DNA of 63,907 nt, the filler included, from Octopus bimaculoides (taxonomy: Eukaryota): assembly GCF_001194135.2 (NCBI RefSeq). It is 4 parts of 4 records of this genome, joined end to end, with 100 filler letters (N's around TTAATTAATTAA, not from the genome) between each part and the next. Parts side by side here need not be neighbours in the genome. Positions count along the whole stretch, not along the records: positions 20,435 to 51,380 come from NC_068998.1; positions 51,481 to 56,157 come from NC_068996.1; 2 more parts are not named here. One strand, 5' to 3'. The translations under genes were made by a program, and so were the position numbers. Shown piece after piece: positions 39,301 through 51,489 of this stretch. Within the stretch, counting starts at the first letter, position 1. Each line of letters starts with the position of its first letter. The notes below the pieces were generated by a model. The model was not told the origin of the DNA. It searched no databases and worked only from the letters and a program-made list of their open reading frames with translations.

Positions 39301-39817
39301 AAGCAGAAAGGAAGTAGATGTATAAGGTGGAAGGTTGTCCCTCTGTTGAAAGGAAGATATGTGGTTGAGGGACAAAAGTAAAGCCACTAAGTTGGCTAGC
39401 CACGTATGGGGTCTGAAGTCTAACGCCACACCACATACAATAAATGGAAAATGGTACAAAAGTCCACGCCATATGTCAACCGATCAAAAAAATGTTAGCT
39501 GTGCATAACTGAAAGAACACAGATCCTTTTTCAGGTCTAAGAACTCTACTACACTGATGGATTTCAGATTTATTTCCTTTTCGCGCTTTTTCTCATCCAA
39601 TCGTCCGTTTTTTTAGCTTATTATGCCATGTGGGTACAGCCTGAGGATTGCGTAAAGGCACCAAACATGCTAAAAATGTTGTCTGAGCTGTTTTCATCGC
39701 ATGAAACTAATAGTAGCTCATAAAAACTATATATATTGTTTATCAAATAATATTTATCTCTCACGAGATGGAATACTTTTTTGTTGTTGTTGTTGATCTT
39801 ATCATCACGGAACAGTA

Positions 39818-39853
<36 letters not shown>

Positions 39854-40377
39854 NNNNNNNNNNNNNNNNNNNNNNNNNNNNNNNNNNNNNNNNNNNNNNN
39901 NNNNNNNNNNNNNNNNNNNNNNNNNNNNNNNNNNNNNNNNNNNNNNNNNNNNNNNNNNNNNNNNNNNNNNNNNNNNNNNNNNNNNNNNNNNNNNNNNNNN
40001 NNNNNNNNNNNNNNNNNNNNNNNNNNNNNNNNNNNNNNNNNNNNNNNNNNNNNNNNNNNNNNNNNNNNNNNNNNNNNNNNNNNNNNNNNNNNNNNNNNNN
40101 NNNNNNNNNNNNNNNNNNNNNNNNNNNNNNNNNNNNNNNNNNNNNNNNNNNNNNNNNNNNNNNNNNNNNNNNNNNNNNNNNNNNNNNNNNNNNNNNNNNN
40201 NNNNNNNNNNNNNNNNNNNNNNNNNNNNNNNNNNNNNNNNNNNNNNNNNNNNNNNNNNNNNNNNNNNNNNNNNNNNNNNNNNNNNNNNNNNNNNNNNNNN
40301 NNNNNNNNNNNNNNNNNNNNNNNNNNNNNNNNNNNNNNNNNNNNNNNNNNNNNNNNNNNNNNNNNNNNNNNNNNNNN

Positions 40378-40464
<87 letters not shown>

Positions 40465-40659
40465 ACGCAATAAATATGTATATACGTATGTAATACGAGC
40501 CATGAAACGATTTTTCGTCTATGGTCGCATGTCCTATAGACGATTGCTGCGTCAGTCAAACTTACTGGTTTTCCAGACTAAGTTTCACAAAAGTATAATC
40601 TGTTCTGCGAAGTGAGAAGAGATCAAAAGATAAAGTATTTTATTTATGTCTTGCATTCT

Positions 40660-40870
40660 ATTCCCTACTACCATCCAATTGATTTATTGCTATGGACGCC
40701 AAAGCATGGCCGTACTCGAGCAGGTCGTCCAAACACAACGACTGTCGATCAGCTCCCCAGAAATACTGCATACCTACCCGAAGACCCTGCTCAAGTAATG
40801 CAGGGTCGAGGTTTATAGTGTACGCAAGTTAAAAAAAGTCCGAGCAAATTCAACCAGATGGCGATGATAT
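40660..40870 (+). mobile_element. RTE-like LINE 3' end
   Basis: DLLLWTPKHGRTRAGRPNTTTVDQL..MQGRGL*..VRA matches the LLWxPxHGxRxxGRP..YxDQL..MxDRxxW pattern. Confidence 0.7.
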
Positions 40871-41119
40871 GTATATAAATATGTAACAATGCGTGTGTAA
40901 TTGTGGTTATTGCGTTTTCTTATTAGAAGTTTAACTTTTTGAACATTTTGTACATTTCATTAATTTGATTAACAATAAGAATAATTTACGAGATATAATA
41001 TCACCCTTTTTAGGAAAGCCAAAGTTTCATAATTGTTTCTGAGACATTTTGTTATATAATCCCGATGACCATCCAAGCATACACATGTAAACCAAAGGTT
41101 ATACTTTATGTTTTCTTTT

Positions 41120-41505
41120 ATTTGTTTCAGCCCTTTGATTTCGACGACGCCGGGACACCACTTTAAAGGGTTTTAGCTGAACAAATCGAACCCAGTGCTT
41201 ATTTTTACGCCTGATACTTATTCAGTCGGTCTCTTCTGCCGAAGCGCCAGTGTCGTAAACAAATCAGCAGCAGTTGCCATGAGTTGGTGGGAAGGCACAA
41301 ACACAAACATATATATATGCTAATGGAGATGAGTACCAACATTTCCATGTGACACGTTTGAACAATTGTAAAGATCTTATCTCATGAAACCATTGGTTGC
41401 CTTGTTAACCTACAAATAAAGTGTGTGTGTGTGTATGTGTGTGTGTATATAAACAGAGAGTGAGAAACAAATAGATATATACATATTTATCTATACACAC
41501 TCATA

Positions 41506-41549
<44 letters not shown>

Positions 41550-41970
41550 AATACATGCAAATAATATATAAATATATATAGATATATAAACATATATTTA
41601 GATATATACACACACACACNNNNNNNNNNNNNNNNNNNNNNNNNNNNNNNNNNNNNNNNNNNNNNNNNNNNNNNNNNNNNNNNNNNNNNNNNNNNNNNNN
41701 NNNNNNNNNNNNNNNNNNNNNNNNNNNNNNNNNNNNNNNNNNNNNNNNNNNNNNNNNNNNNNNNNNNNNNNNNNNNNNNNNNNNNNNNNNNNNNNNNNNN
41801 NNNNNNNNNNNNNNNNNNNNNNNNNNNNNNNNNNNNNNNNNNNNNNNNNNNNNNNNNNNNNNNNNNNNNNNNNNNNNNNNNCAAATTGATGTATTAGTAT
41901 AACGCTCGGGAATAGAGAAAGTCTTAAACGTTTCGAGCCTACGCTCTACAACAGAAAGGAACACAGAAAG

Positions 41971-42012
<42 letters not shown>

Positions 42013-42160
42013 CACAGTTTCCGTCGAGCAAATTCACTCATTCACTTGCAAGACCTTGGTCGGCTCAGCAGTAATGAGTTACACAAGGTGGCGCCCTGAG
42101 GGGCTGAACTCGAAACCACGTGGATGCAAAGTCCGGTTCTTAATCATACAGCCATGATTG
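41120..42160 (-). mobile_element. SINE family B (tail 41120-41318, head 42012-42160) split by microsatellite and a hammerhead-like unit
   Basis: Tail and head are in the same orientation; the insert contains ctgttgt-agagc-gtag-gctc-GAAAC-gttt on the minus strand at 41926-41954. Confidence 0.6.
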
Positions 42161-43309
42161 CACAGGGTTTGTAAATTTACCATTGGTTGTTATTGTTTTT
42201 CATGGTGTTGTTATCGCTATGACTCATTAGTTCCAGTTCAAACCTGTGATCAAAGGCAGGTCAAGCAATGACTATATCTATAGTGACAGGCTCTGACTCA
42301 GGAATATCTGAAGAAGTCGGCATTGGTGGATTCTGCAGGAGTGCAAATGGTTATTGCTTCTTGGTAGGTACATCTGATGATGTATATACACCCATCACAG
42401 TGTTTGGGGGTAATGAAGTCATAAACGCTGTTTCCTCTTTCAATTTGTTCTTCGTAGGGGTTCCATTTTTTCCTATTATATCGCAGGTGTTGGTATGTCT
42501 ATATGCATGTAAGAATGTGTCTGTATGTATAATTGTATACCTGCATATTTCTATAGATACATATGTATACACATATATGCATACATATCTATCTATCAAT
42601 CTATCAATATCTGCGTGTCTGTGTATGTATAGGTATGAATATGTGTATGCATGCATGCATGTATGTATGTATGTATGTATGTATGTATGTATGTATGTCT
42701 AAATGTAGGTATGTATGTACGTTCGAGTATATGAATGTTTGTATGTTTGAATATACATCTAAGTTTTAATGTATGCATGCATGTATGTATATGCGTATGC
42801 ATGTATGTATGTATGCATGTATGTAAGTATATATATATATGCATGTATGTATGTATGTGTGCATATATATATACATACATACATACATACACACACGTGA
42901 GTGCGTGTGCATAGGCATATATATTTATGTATGTGTTAATGTTTTTTTTTCTAATTCTTTAAATTCTTTCCGCAAAAAAAAAAAAAGTGGGGCTGCTTTC
43001 AAACTAAGATACAAATCCCCGTCATTGGATTTAGATATCATCAGCAGTAAAGAGTTACATGTTGAATTTTAGAAAGGTATGGCATACTTTCGCTGTTCTG
43101 CTGACAGATTGAATTTGCAGAGAACGTGTGAGATGCCTTCTTTCGGTGACTGAAAACCCCAAATGCTAAAGACTATTACTTAAATACTGAGCAATCTAAC
43201 CAAGTGTGCCAATAATTACTCGTACATCTGTATAGAGCAATTGTAGTCTTCTTTTTTTTCTTTTAGAATTAGTTGGCCAAAGATATTTTCTATCTCGTTG
43301 AATTTAGTT

Positions 43310-43491
43310 TTGCGAATGAGCAAGCGATTTCTAGTTCAGTTCCACTGTGCCTCAACTTGGGAAAGTGTCTTCTACTATAGATTCGGACTGACCAATGCCT
43401 ACGTATTTAATTATGTATATATATATACATAGTGTACTGTTCCGTGGATTTGGTAAACGGAAAATGTTTGGAAATCGTTCGTACACACACG

Positions 43492-43539
<48 letters not shown>

Positions 43540-43712
43540 CACACATACACGCACACACGCACGCACGCACACACACACACACACACGTGTGTGAGTGCGT
43601 ATGCATGCATGTCTTTGTATAAAATATGTTCAGAGATCGGGTAGATTAAAATTTTTCAAGGTAGTGCTCCAGCATGGACGCAGTCTAATTACTGAAACAA
43701 ATAAAAGACTAT
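43310..43712 (+). mobile_element. SINE family B with internal (CA)n tract
   Basis: Head agttcagttccactgtgcctcaacttgggaaagtgtcttctactatag; tail aaggtagtgctccagcatggacgcagtc. Confidence 0.7.
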
Positions 43713-43829
43713 GTATGTATGCTTGCATGCATGCTTGTTTCCTTCTTTCTTTGTATGTATTCATGTGATACAGTATACCCGAACAGTGCGAGAGAGCGAG
43801 AGAGAGAGAAAGACAGAGGAATTCGTGTC

Positions 43830-44480
43830 CACCACCATCCAGGAGAAGCATGTAAATCGATCGTAGAGCTTTGTCAGCAAACTGAGACCTCCTAGAAATC
43901 CGTCGAGTTTTGTTCCTTCTCTGATGAGAATAACTTCGACCACAACTAGAAAGTAAACATGAGGAGTAACGAGTGACTGTGTTTGGAACCCCACAGATAT
44001 TCTCACGGTGAGACACATCAATTTTTCACTGTTTGTAATGGGCCTTGGGGGTCATGAGAAATGAGGGTCACGCAACGCTACAACTCTTATTCTCGTAGGG
44101 CCTCAGAGTGAATGCCGCTGCCTGCATCGAAGTGGTAGACACGCCATGATTGAAGTGTTTGCCCCGGCAGCGACCGTGCATGTTCCAACAACACTCTGCT
44201 CAGTTCCACATGGACTCGCAGCCCAGCAGTGACCGATCAATAATTTTCATTCTTATGTAATCACAAACACGTAGCCTTCGGGTTCGTTCTCCCGGACTGC
44301 TACGTCTGAGTAGTCGTCGGACGTGAGAGACCGGCCGGTTCCCCCATAGTGCTAAGGACACGTCGGAGGCTACCGTCACGGACGTGTTGCACGACATGAG
44401 CCATTTCATCTTGGTTTGCAGGACTTTCTTGGTCGCATCGGAGCCGCCAGTAGGTTTGAGGGCGGTTTTGCTTGCTGTCC
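43830..44480 (+). mobile_element. maT/DD37D-like transposase pseudogene
   Basis: FSDENNFDHN*KVN; VM.LGV.NEGH..GLRVNAAACIEV; RPCMFQQHSA; ETGRFPHSAKD..EGG-like end; multiple stops and frameshifts. Confidence 0.8.
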
Positions 44481-45059
44481 TTTTTTAAATAGATATATAT
44501 TGTCAAAGATAGATGTTATTTTTCTAAGTGTATGATATTTATGTGCCTGGTGTGTTTTGGTTCGTTTTCAATTCTCTAGTGCATCCTCTGCGTGTGTAAT
44601 GTGTATAAACAAATACATGCACATATACCAACACAGCCAAATATAAACACATGTATGTATGTAGATATGTATGTATGTATTATGTATGTATGTATGCATG
44701 CATGTATGTGTATATGCACACACATATACATACATACAATTATAGATATATGTGTGAGAATATATGTGTGTGTAATATACTTACTTAAACATAATGGTTT
44801 GCAGTATTTGACACAGCGGTTAGTGACCACTTGACCTCAAGCCAGCTCAGTCTCCTTCGTGACCTGACAATGAAGTGGATCACTTAAGATCACTATCATC
44901 TCCTCACTGCCACTCTTCTCTATCTGATGAGGTCAATTTTGATAACATGTTCTGGAATGTTGTAGTTTCTTAATGGCCAAACAATGAATGAGCAATGGTG
45001 ATGTTACGTCGGCAGTGGTGATAGTATAGCCATGACAGTAGGATGACGTTGAGGACAAG

Positions 45060-45292
45060 GTTCACAGAAATGGTGGTCCTGATGCTGCTGGTGAGTGTTG
45101 TGCTGACGATGATGCTGGTGACATTAGCGGATATAGTATCGGTGGTAAGGGTGGCGGTGGCGATCACAGTGCTGCTACTGCTTCGTTAAACAATTGGGGA
45201 ATATTTTTTTGTTGCTCTTGCGAACTTGATGACGTATGGTGTTTATGAGGATGCTGGGGGGCTGCTGCTGCTGCTGCTGTTGCTGTTGCTGG

Positions 45293-45328
<36 letters not shown>

Positions 45329-45451
45329 CGATGATGATGTTGATGATGATAGGGGATAGTGGTGATGACGATGATGATGATGATGATGAGGATGATGATG
45401 ATGAGGATGATGACGACGATGATGTTGATGATAGGAGATAGTGGTGATGAC

Positions 45452-45487
<36 letters not shown>

Positions 45488-45745
45488 GGAGGAGGAGGAG
45501 GAGGAGGAGGAGGAGGAGAAGAAGAAGAAGAAGGAGGTGGAGGACGAGGAGAAGAAGAAGAAGAAAAAGAAGATGATGATGATGATGATGATCATCATCA
45601 TCATCATCATCATCATCATTGTGGTAGTGTTGGTGGCGGCTGCATTGGTGGTGGTGATGAGGACTATGACGATCGTGGAAGTTATGGAGATGATGATGAT
45701 CATAGCAATGGTGTTGTTGTTGATGCTGACGATGATGATATGATG
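45060..45745. repeat. Compound trinucleotide low-complexity block (GAT/GCT/GAG/AAG/CAT)
   Basis: Directly visible; all ORFs here are homopolymeric. Confidence 0.9.
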
Positions 45746-45924
45746 ACGCTTAGCTTCTGGAAAATCTTATTGAGCAAACAAACCTATAATCAAACACATT
45801 CCAGCCGCGACTATCCTGACTTTTATTCAGCCAGAAGTACTGTTGTTTAACCATTTCAAATCGACCTCGATCAAAAATATCCTTCGTTTTCTCATGCATG
45901 ATGGACCCTGAATAAAATTATATA

Positions 45925-46090
45925 GGCGCAGGCGTGGTGGCTGTGAAGTAAGAAGCTTGCTTCCCAACCATGCAGCTCCGAGTTCAGTCCCACTGTGTGG
46001 CACCTTGGGCAGGTGTCTTCTACTATAGCCTTGGGCCGATCAAATCCTTGTGAGTGGTATTGATAGACGGAAACTGTAAAAAGCCAGTTG

Positions 46091-46092
<2 letters not shown>
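45925..46092 (+). mobile_element. SINE family B head
   Basis: aggcgcaggcgtggtggctgtg..gagttcagtcccactgtgtggcaccttgggcaggtgtcttctactatagcc..gacggaaactg, followed by (CA)n. Confidence 0.9.
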
Positions 46093-46148
<56 letters not shown>

Positions 46149-46329
46149 ACTATATAAATACAAGGGAAAAAATTATTAAAATAATTTATACCAGTGGTTA
46201 GTATAAGTAATAATAGTCAGAAGACAAATACTTTCATAACATAAGAATCCGGAACCCTCTCTCTACTCGACTTCCAACCTGCTGACGTGTCAGCAGTTCC
46301 CACGTGTATGCGTGTAGTAAATGGGGTAT

Positions 46330-48270
46330 GCGTGTAGTAAGAGCTTGAGGAGTTTAGAGAGGAGCCAGGAAATCTTATAGAAAGGACCGTTAATTCCTGA
46401 TGCTATGGGTCTGATTTGAAGCTTAGGTCCGGGTTTGTGGTTTTTTTATTAAATGGTAGAAGGATGGAAGGGTAGTATTTTTAGATACGCAGTTCAGTCT
46501 TAGATTCCTTTGATGACAGATGTTGGTTCAGCTGGTGTTTATGGTGGACTCCAGTTGGTGAGGTGTGATGTTGTAAACCATTTCGTATACTGAGGTGTTC
46601 GATAGCTAGTTTGTTGTAGGTGGGTTTGTCTATAATGCAGAATTCTTTCCCTTCGTCTGAAGGTAGGTAGATGAGGTTTTTGTTTCTTAGGTTTTGCAAG
46701 GTCAGGAATTGGGATTTATTAAGGTTGCGTGATGGGGAAGGGCGTTTATCTAATATGTTAAGTATGGATTGTCTGAGTCTAGTTAGTTCGGGATTGTGAG
46801 GGGGAGGGTGGAGTGAGTTATCGAGATGGTAGACGGGGAAACTTAGTGTAGCGGAGGAAGAGGTAGGAGAAGAAGAAAGAGATGACGATGATGATGATGA
46901 AGACGGTGAAGATGCGTCAGAGAACCAGTAAGGTCTGTAACCAGGGTATCGTCAGCAGCAGCAGCAGAGGTCGTCGTAGGTACGAATGTATTAGGTGGTG
47001 GTGGGGCCCTGTGGGTGGTGGTAGTAGGGCGCGTAGAGTTCGGTGGTTGGTCAATCATTGCTGTGGCTGTGGTGTTGGTGGTGGTTGAAGTATTTCAGTT
47101 GTTATATTCTTGTTGGTCAGTGTGGTGTATATTGTTGTTGGTGTTAATAGAGGTGTCGGGATGGTGGTAGCAATGTTGTTGGTCGAGTCAGCAGTAGAAT
47201 TTAATATGTTATGTTTCTGTTGGCCGATGTGAGGAATATTGTCCCTAGTGTCGCTTGAAGGGGTGGAACGGTAGTAGTAACTTGTTGTTATTGATGTAGT
47301 TCAATGGATTCTGGGCCGCGTGGTGTTTGTTCTTAATTCATTGGAATTTTCTTGTAAGGCGTTCCATCTCATGAGATAGTCTATTGTGATATCATTGGTT
47401 TATCATGTCGCGTAAGCGTGCTAGAGAGATGTCTGGATTGTCTGTTTGTTGTGCAAGCTTGGTTTTTAGATTAGTGATATTACGAATGTGTTGAGAGAGC
47501 CTTCCGTGAAGGTGCTTTAATATTTTCTTAGTAATGTATTTATGTATGAATAAGCAAGAGTTTTTGAAGCTACTCAGGTTAAAGCATTCTGGTAGGTGAG
47601 TATTCCTTATTGTGTTGGGGAAAATGTGTTTTGACAGTTAGTTAGAAAGTTGATCTGGCAACAATTTCTCGCTCTTTTTTCCGTTAGTTTGAATATTTTT
47701 AGCATAATATTCAGTTCCGTCTGGCCCAAACGTGACGATATTATAATGGAATAATTACTATGAAGCATTGTGTAGAATATATTGTATAAAAGATCGTGGG
47801 TAAGGCCAAAACAATGCGAAGTAAATGCAAGGTAAATCACAAGAAAACAAATATGTGAATTAATGTAGACTTACCTTGTATTCAGTATTTCGGGGTTATG
47901 ACCCCATTTTCAAGAAATTGACGAATGTTGCCGATGTGCGTGTGTGTGAGCGCGTATGGAGTGGACATGCACAGAAGGGTGTTGCTATAGTAACCAGCTA
48001 GCTTTCTGTCACTCCCTTCTATTGTTGATCTTGGGTTTCTTTTGATGTATGAGGATGGCCTCAGAGATTCCAAGGTTACACCTGTTCCGCCGTGTTGCCT
48101 TGATGTACACTGTGAATTCTCAGGTCTGGCATTTCCGTAGATGTTTCTTCACAGAAGTGTCTGCCTGCATGTGTTCCTTAATGCGTACATGCAGTTTCCG
48201 TGTTGTGCTTCCGATGTAAGATGCGCCACAGTTGCCACAGATGATCTGAGGAACAAGGGATTGGCTATAT
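46330..48270 (-). mobile_element. PLE remnant: GIY-YIG end, 3'UTR, candidate intron, ORF N-terminus, start of RT
   Basis: CGNCGASYIGSTTRKLHVRIKEH and LGISEAILIHQKKPKINNRRE* (48265-48009); AG|GTAAGT at 47874; QINFLTNCQN; IYLPSDEGKEFCIIDKPTY (DKG motif); LPSFYHL/QIRPIASGINGPFYKISWLLSKLL. Confidence 0.85.
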
Positions 48271-48310
48271 ACCTGTATATGTGTGTGAGTGTGTGTATGT
48301 NNNNNNNNNN

Positions 48311-48348
<38 letters not shown>

Positions 48349-48414
48349 TATATACACACATACATGTATGCATATGTGTGTGTGCGTATGTGTGTGTGTG
48401 TGCATGCGTGTGTG

Positions 48415-48645
48415 TGTACGTGAGTGTATCTCTTTGTGTCTATGATTGTCCACCACTGCTTGACAACCGGTGTTGGTGTGTTTACATCTCCATAATCTAG
48501 CGGTTCGGCAAAATACAGATAAAAAAGCACCAAGCTAAATAAAAAAAGAAAGAAAGAAGTACTGGAGTCTAGCTATTCAGCTAAAATAATTTTCATGACG
48601 GTGCCCCAGGCTGGCCGTAGTCTAAGTAAAAACAAACGATAAAAG
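48415..48645 (+). mobile_element. SINE family B tail
   Basis: ccaccactgcttgacaaccggtgttggtgtgtttacatc..gcggttcggcaaaa..ggtgccccaggctggccgtagtc. Confidence 0.85.
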
Positions 48646-49109
48646 ATCCGACTGTTCATTTCATGACAATAGAATTTGGTGTGGGTGACATTTAGCTGTT
48701 ATTTCTAATAGGTCATTGGGCATTGCAAAATTTAAAACTTTGTTACTTTGCACTTTTCTTTTTCTTTTTCTTCCTCTCTTTTTTTTTTATTTCTGATATG
48801 GTCATGTGTAATTTGAGGAAGATTTAGATTCAGCTGCTATTTCTAACATGCAGGCTGACCTCTGAAAAACTGTTGCTTTGTTGTTTTGGTAGATGTGTGA
48901 AATTGTAGAGAACAGGGCAACATGTTTTACGCTTATTAGTTGCGTTTAATTAATTATTTTTTAACGTTCTGAGTCCACATCGAACTCTATTGAAACTTAA
49001 TCGATCTCAACAGGCTTTGAATTTAAAATGTAAAATGACGTTATAACGCAGAGCAATTTGTCAGTACCTCTACCGATTCTCTCAACAACAAAAGCAACAA
49101 CAACAATAA

Positions 49110-49670
49110 TGACGTTAATAATAATAATAATTAATTCGTTTTATTAGCCACAAGGGCTAATATCAATTAAAAACATATAAGGACAAAGACAGGACGAAGG
49201 TTACAAAAGGTTTTGTCCGAAAAGGTAGGAAAGTTCGTCTAAACAGAGGAAGAAAACGGAGAAAGATATAATAAATAAATAGATAAATAAATAGATAAAT
49301 AAATAAGTAGAACTCCCAAATGGGGAGGCGCTTCGAAAAAGGAAAGGTTACACGTGGAAAAACCCATAAAACCACGGGAGCCTGGTCAGAAAAAATAAGA
49401 AAGGGGTATAGAGCCCTTTCTCCTTTTACATTACCTTTTTTTTTCTACAGGTGTATTCTCAGAATTGGTCCGTTTATACTGGCCATTTTTCCAACAGTCA
49501 CCCATCTTTCAACGAATTTGCTATGAGACAACACTTCCCTCTCTATTCTCATCTTCCTTTTCAAGTGGAACTTGAAAAAGTTGATGAGGCCTTGGCCAAA
49601 GAGGAAAGTGTCTGTCTTTAGCCCTTTCAAACGGGTCCACCATATCACCTCTTTCGCTACAGCCACTAGG
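49110..49670 (-). mobile_element. L1/Tx1-like LINE 3' end with 3'UTR and (TTA)n tail
   Basis: LINFFKFHLKRKMRIEREVLSHSKFVERWVTVGKMA resembles Tx1-type C-termini; followed by a UTR and a tta tract. Confidence 0.5.
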
Positions 49671-50599
49671 CATAGGAATAATAATAATAATGCAGATTAT
49701 CAATTCAATTTTAATGGAAAATATTAACATGCATAAACAGAGAAAAAATAGTCAGTTTAAGAAAACCGAGTAGAAATCTTGTCATTATCATCATTATCAA
49801 CAACAACAATAGTAACAACAGTATACATCCACGTTTCGTTTCATATAAAAACACGAGCGACGATAAATTGTCCTTTCCTTAGCGTTTTGTTGAATAGGGA
49901 AACTCTAGATATGAAACACTTTTCTGAAAGAATGAATGCTTGGTAACATTTTGTGCGCCGAAACGGGGTCAGTCTTCTACTATCAGAGAAGAAAACTAAC
50001 GTCTAGCAAAAACAAAACAGGTTTTACTGATCCTAAACAAATAGGAATTGGAGACAGATTTGGCAGATATTTTAAGGGAATTCTCTTTCAGTGAGAGAGG
50101 GCTGTCATTTGGCACCACGTTTGCCATTTTTTAAATAGAGGATGGGCTGAAACCTCAGCCCAAATATTACGCGAGACATCTGTTTATGAACAGGTTCCGC
50201 AGTATCTGGAAATGAGAAACAGACAGGTTACCGTCAGGGGTATTTGTGATAACGTCAATTTCTTGACTTGTTATCACCTTTGTAGAACAACATGTTCAGG
50301 TTGTAAATGTAGATGTAACATTTGGTGATACATGGTCGGGTGATTTTTCAATAGATATATATTCAGTATGGTTCAATAAAACTGAAAGGCGAGAGAAGAG
50401 GTAGATAGTGAGGAAAGGTACTCGTTGGTTTTACCGTGCTAACTACAAGAAGACCACCCCACCAACGTCGACATGTTAAGTTGCATGTGGAGAAAAGGAC
50501 CCCAGAAAACCAGAATTGTGTTGGGTAGAAGCTGCTGAGAAGAAATTTACAAGGATCCTGAATTTTAAAATCATGGATGCTGACTTTTAAGAACATGGA

Positions 50600-51000
50600 T
50601 GCTGAACTTCAAGAACCTAAAGCTTAGCTTCCCTGGTAGAGATACAGCAGTTACATGTCTGTAAGAAAAAATCCTCCCGAAAGTTTTATACCTCGAAATT
50701 TCAAGACAAAAGCAGCAAAGATGAATCGTGGATGTTAGCGGTTCTAGAATGATAACAGACACAACTTCCTGAACGAAATGAAATTCACAGCATTGGCAAA
50801 AATAACAAAGTTGTAATAAAACTCTTATGCATTTACATAAGGAATATACACAAAGAATAACCACAATATACACATAGGGAATATCCAAACAAAGACCGAA
50901 AAGGAAATAGGTTCATGTTTCAAACAGTATAAAAACGACACAATAACAGATCAAATTTCTGACAGACTTTACAAAGAATTATACTTCAGCGACCCTAAAG
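50600..51000 (+). pseudogene. Degenerate relative of the 10.85-11.45 kb ORF
   Basis: NPPESFIPRNFKTK versus IILPRKF*SK, and a later TEKEIGSCF segment in a similar position; many stops. Confidence 0.3.
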
Positions 51001-51134
51001 ACAGCCGCTCATTCAATATAACACAAGAACTCCTCGCGAAAAAGTTTACACTCTCCAGCTCTATGCAATAAAGGAGGGGGTACAGTAAAAGGCAATGTGG
51101 AGTGTCCTGGTTAATACAAGTTGGAAGATTAAAC

Positions 51135-51343
51135 GTTTCTAAAGGCGCAAGTATGGTTCTGTGCTTAAGAAGCTCACTTTGCAGCCACGTGGTTTCGGAT
51201 TCAATCCCACTGGAGGGTTCCTTGGACAAGTATCTTTTGAATGTAGACCCAGTGACAAATGCCTTGCGAGTGAATTGGTTGACGGGAACACTCTTGAAGC
51301 TCGTCGAACACACCAGCACCGATTGCCAAGCGATGGGGGGGGG

Positions 51344-51350
<7 letters not shown>
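51135..51350 (+). mobile_element. SINE family B copy
   Basis: aggcgcaagtatggttctgtg..ggattcaatcccactgg..ttggacaagtatcttt..caaatgccttgcgagtgaattgg. Confidence 0.75.
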
Positions 51351-51380
<30 letters not shown>

Positions 51381-51489
51381 NNNNNNNNNNNNNNNNNNNN
51401 NNNNNNNNNNNNNNNNNNNNNNNNTTAATTAATTAANNNNNNNNNNNNNNNNNNNNNNNNNNNNNNNNNNNNNNNNNNNNATATATATA

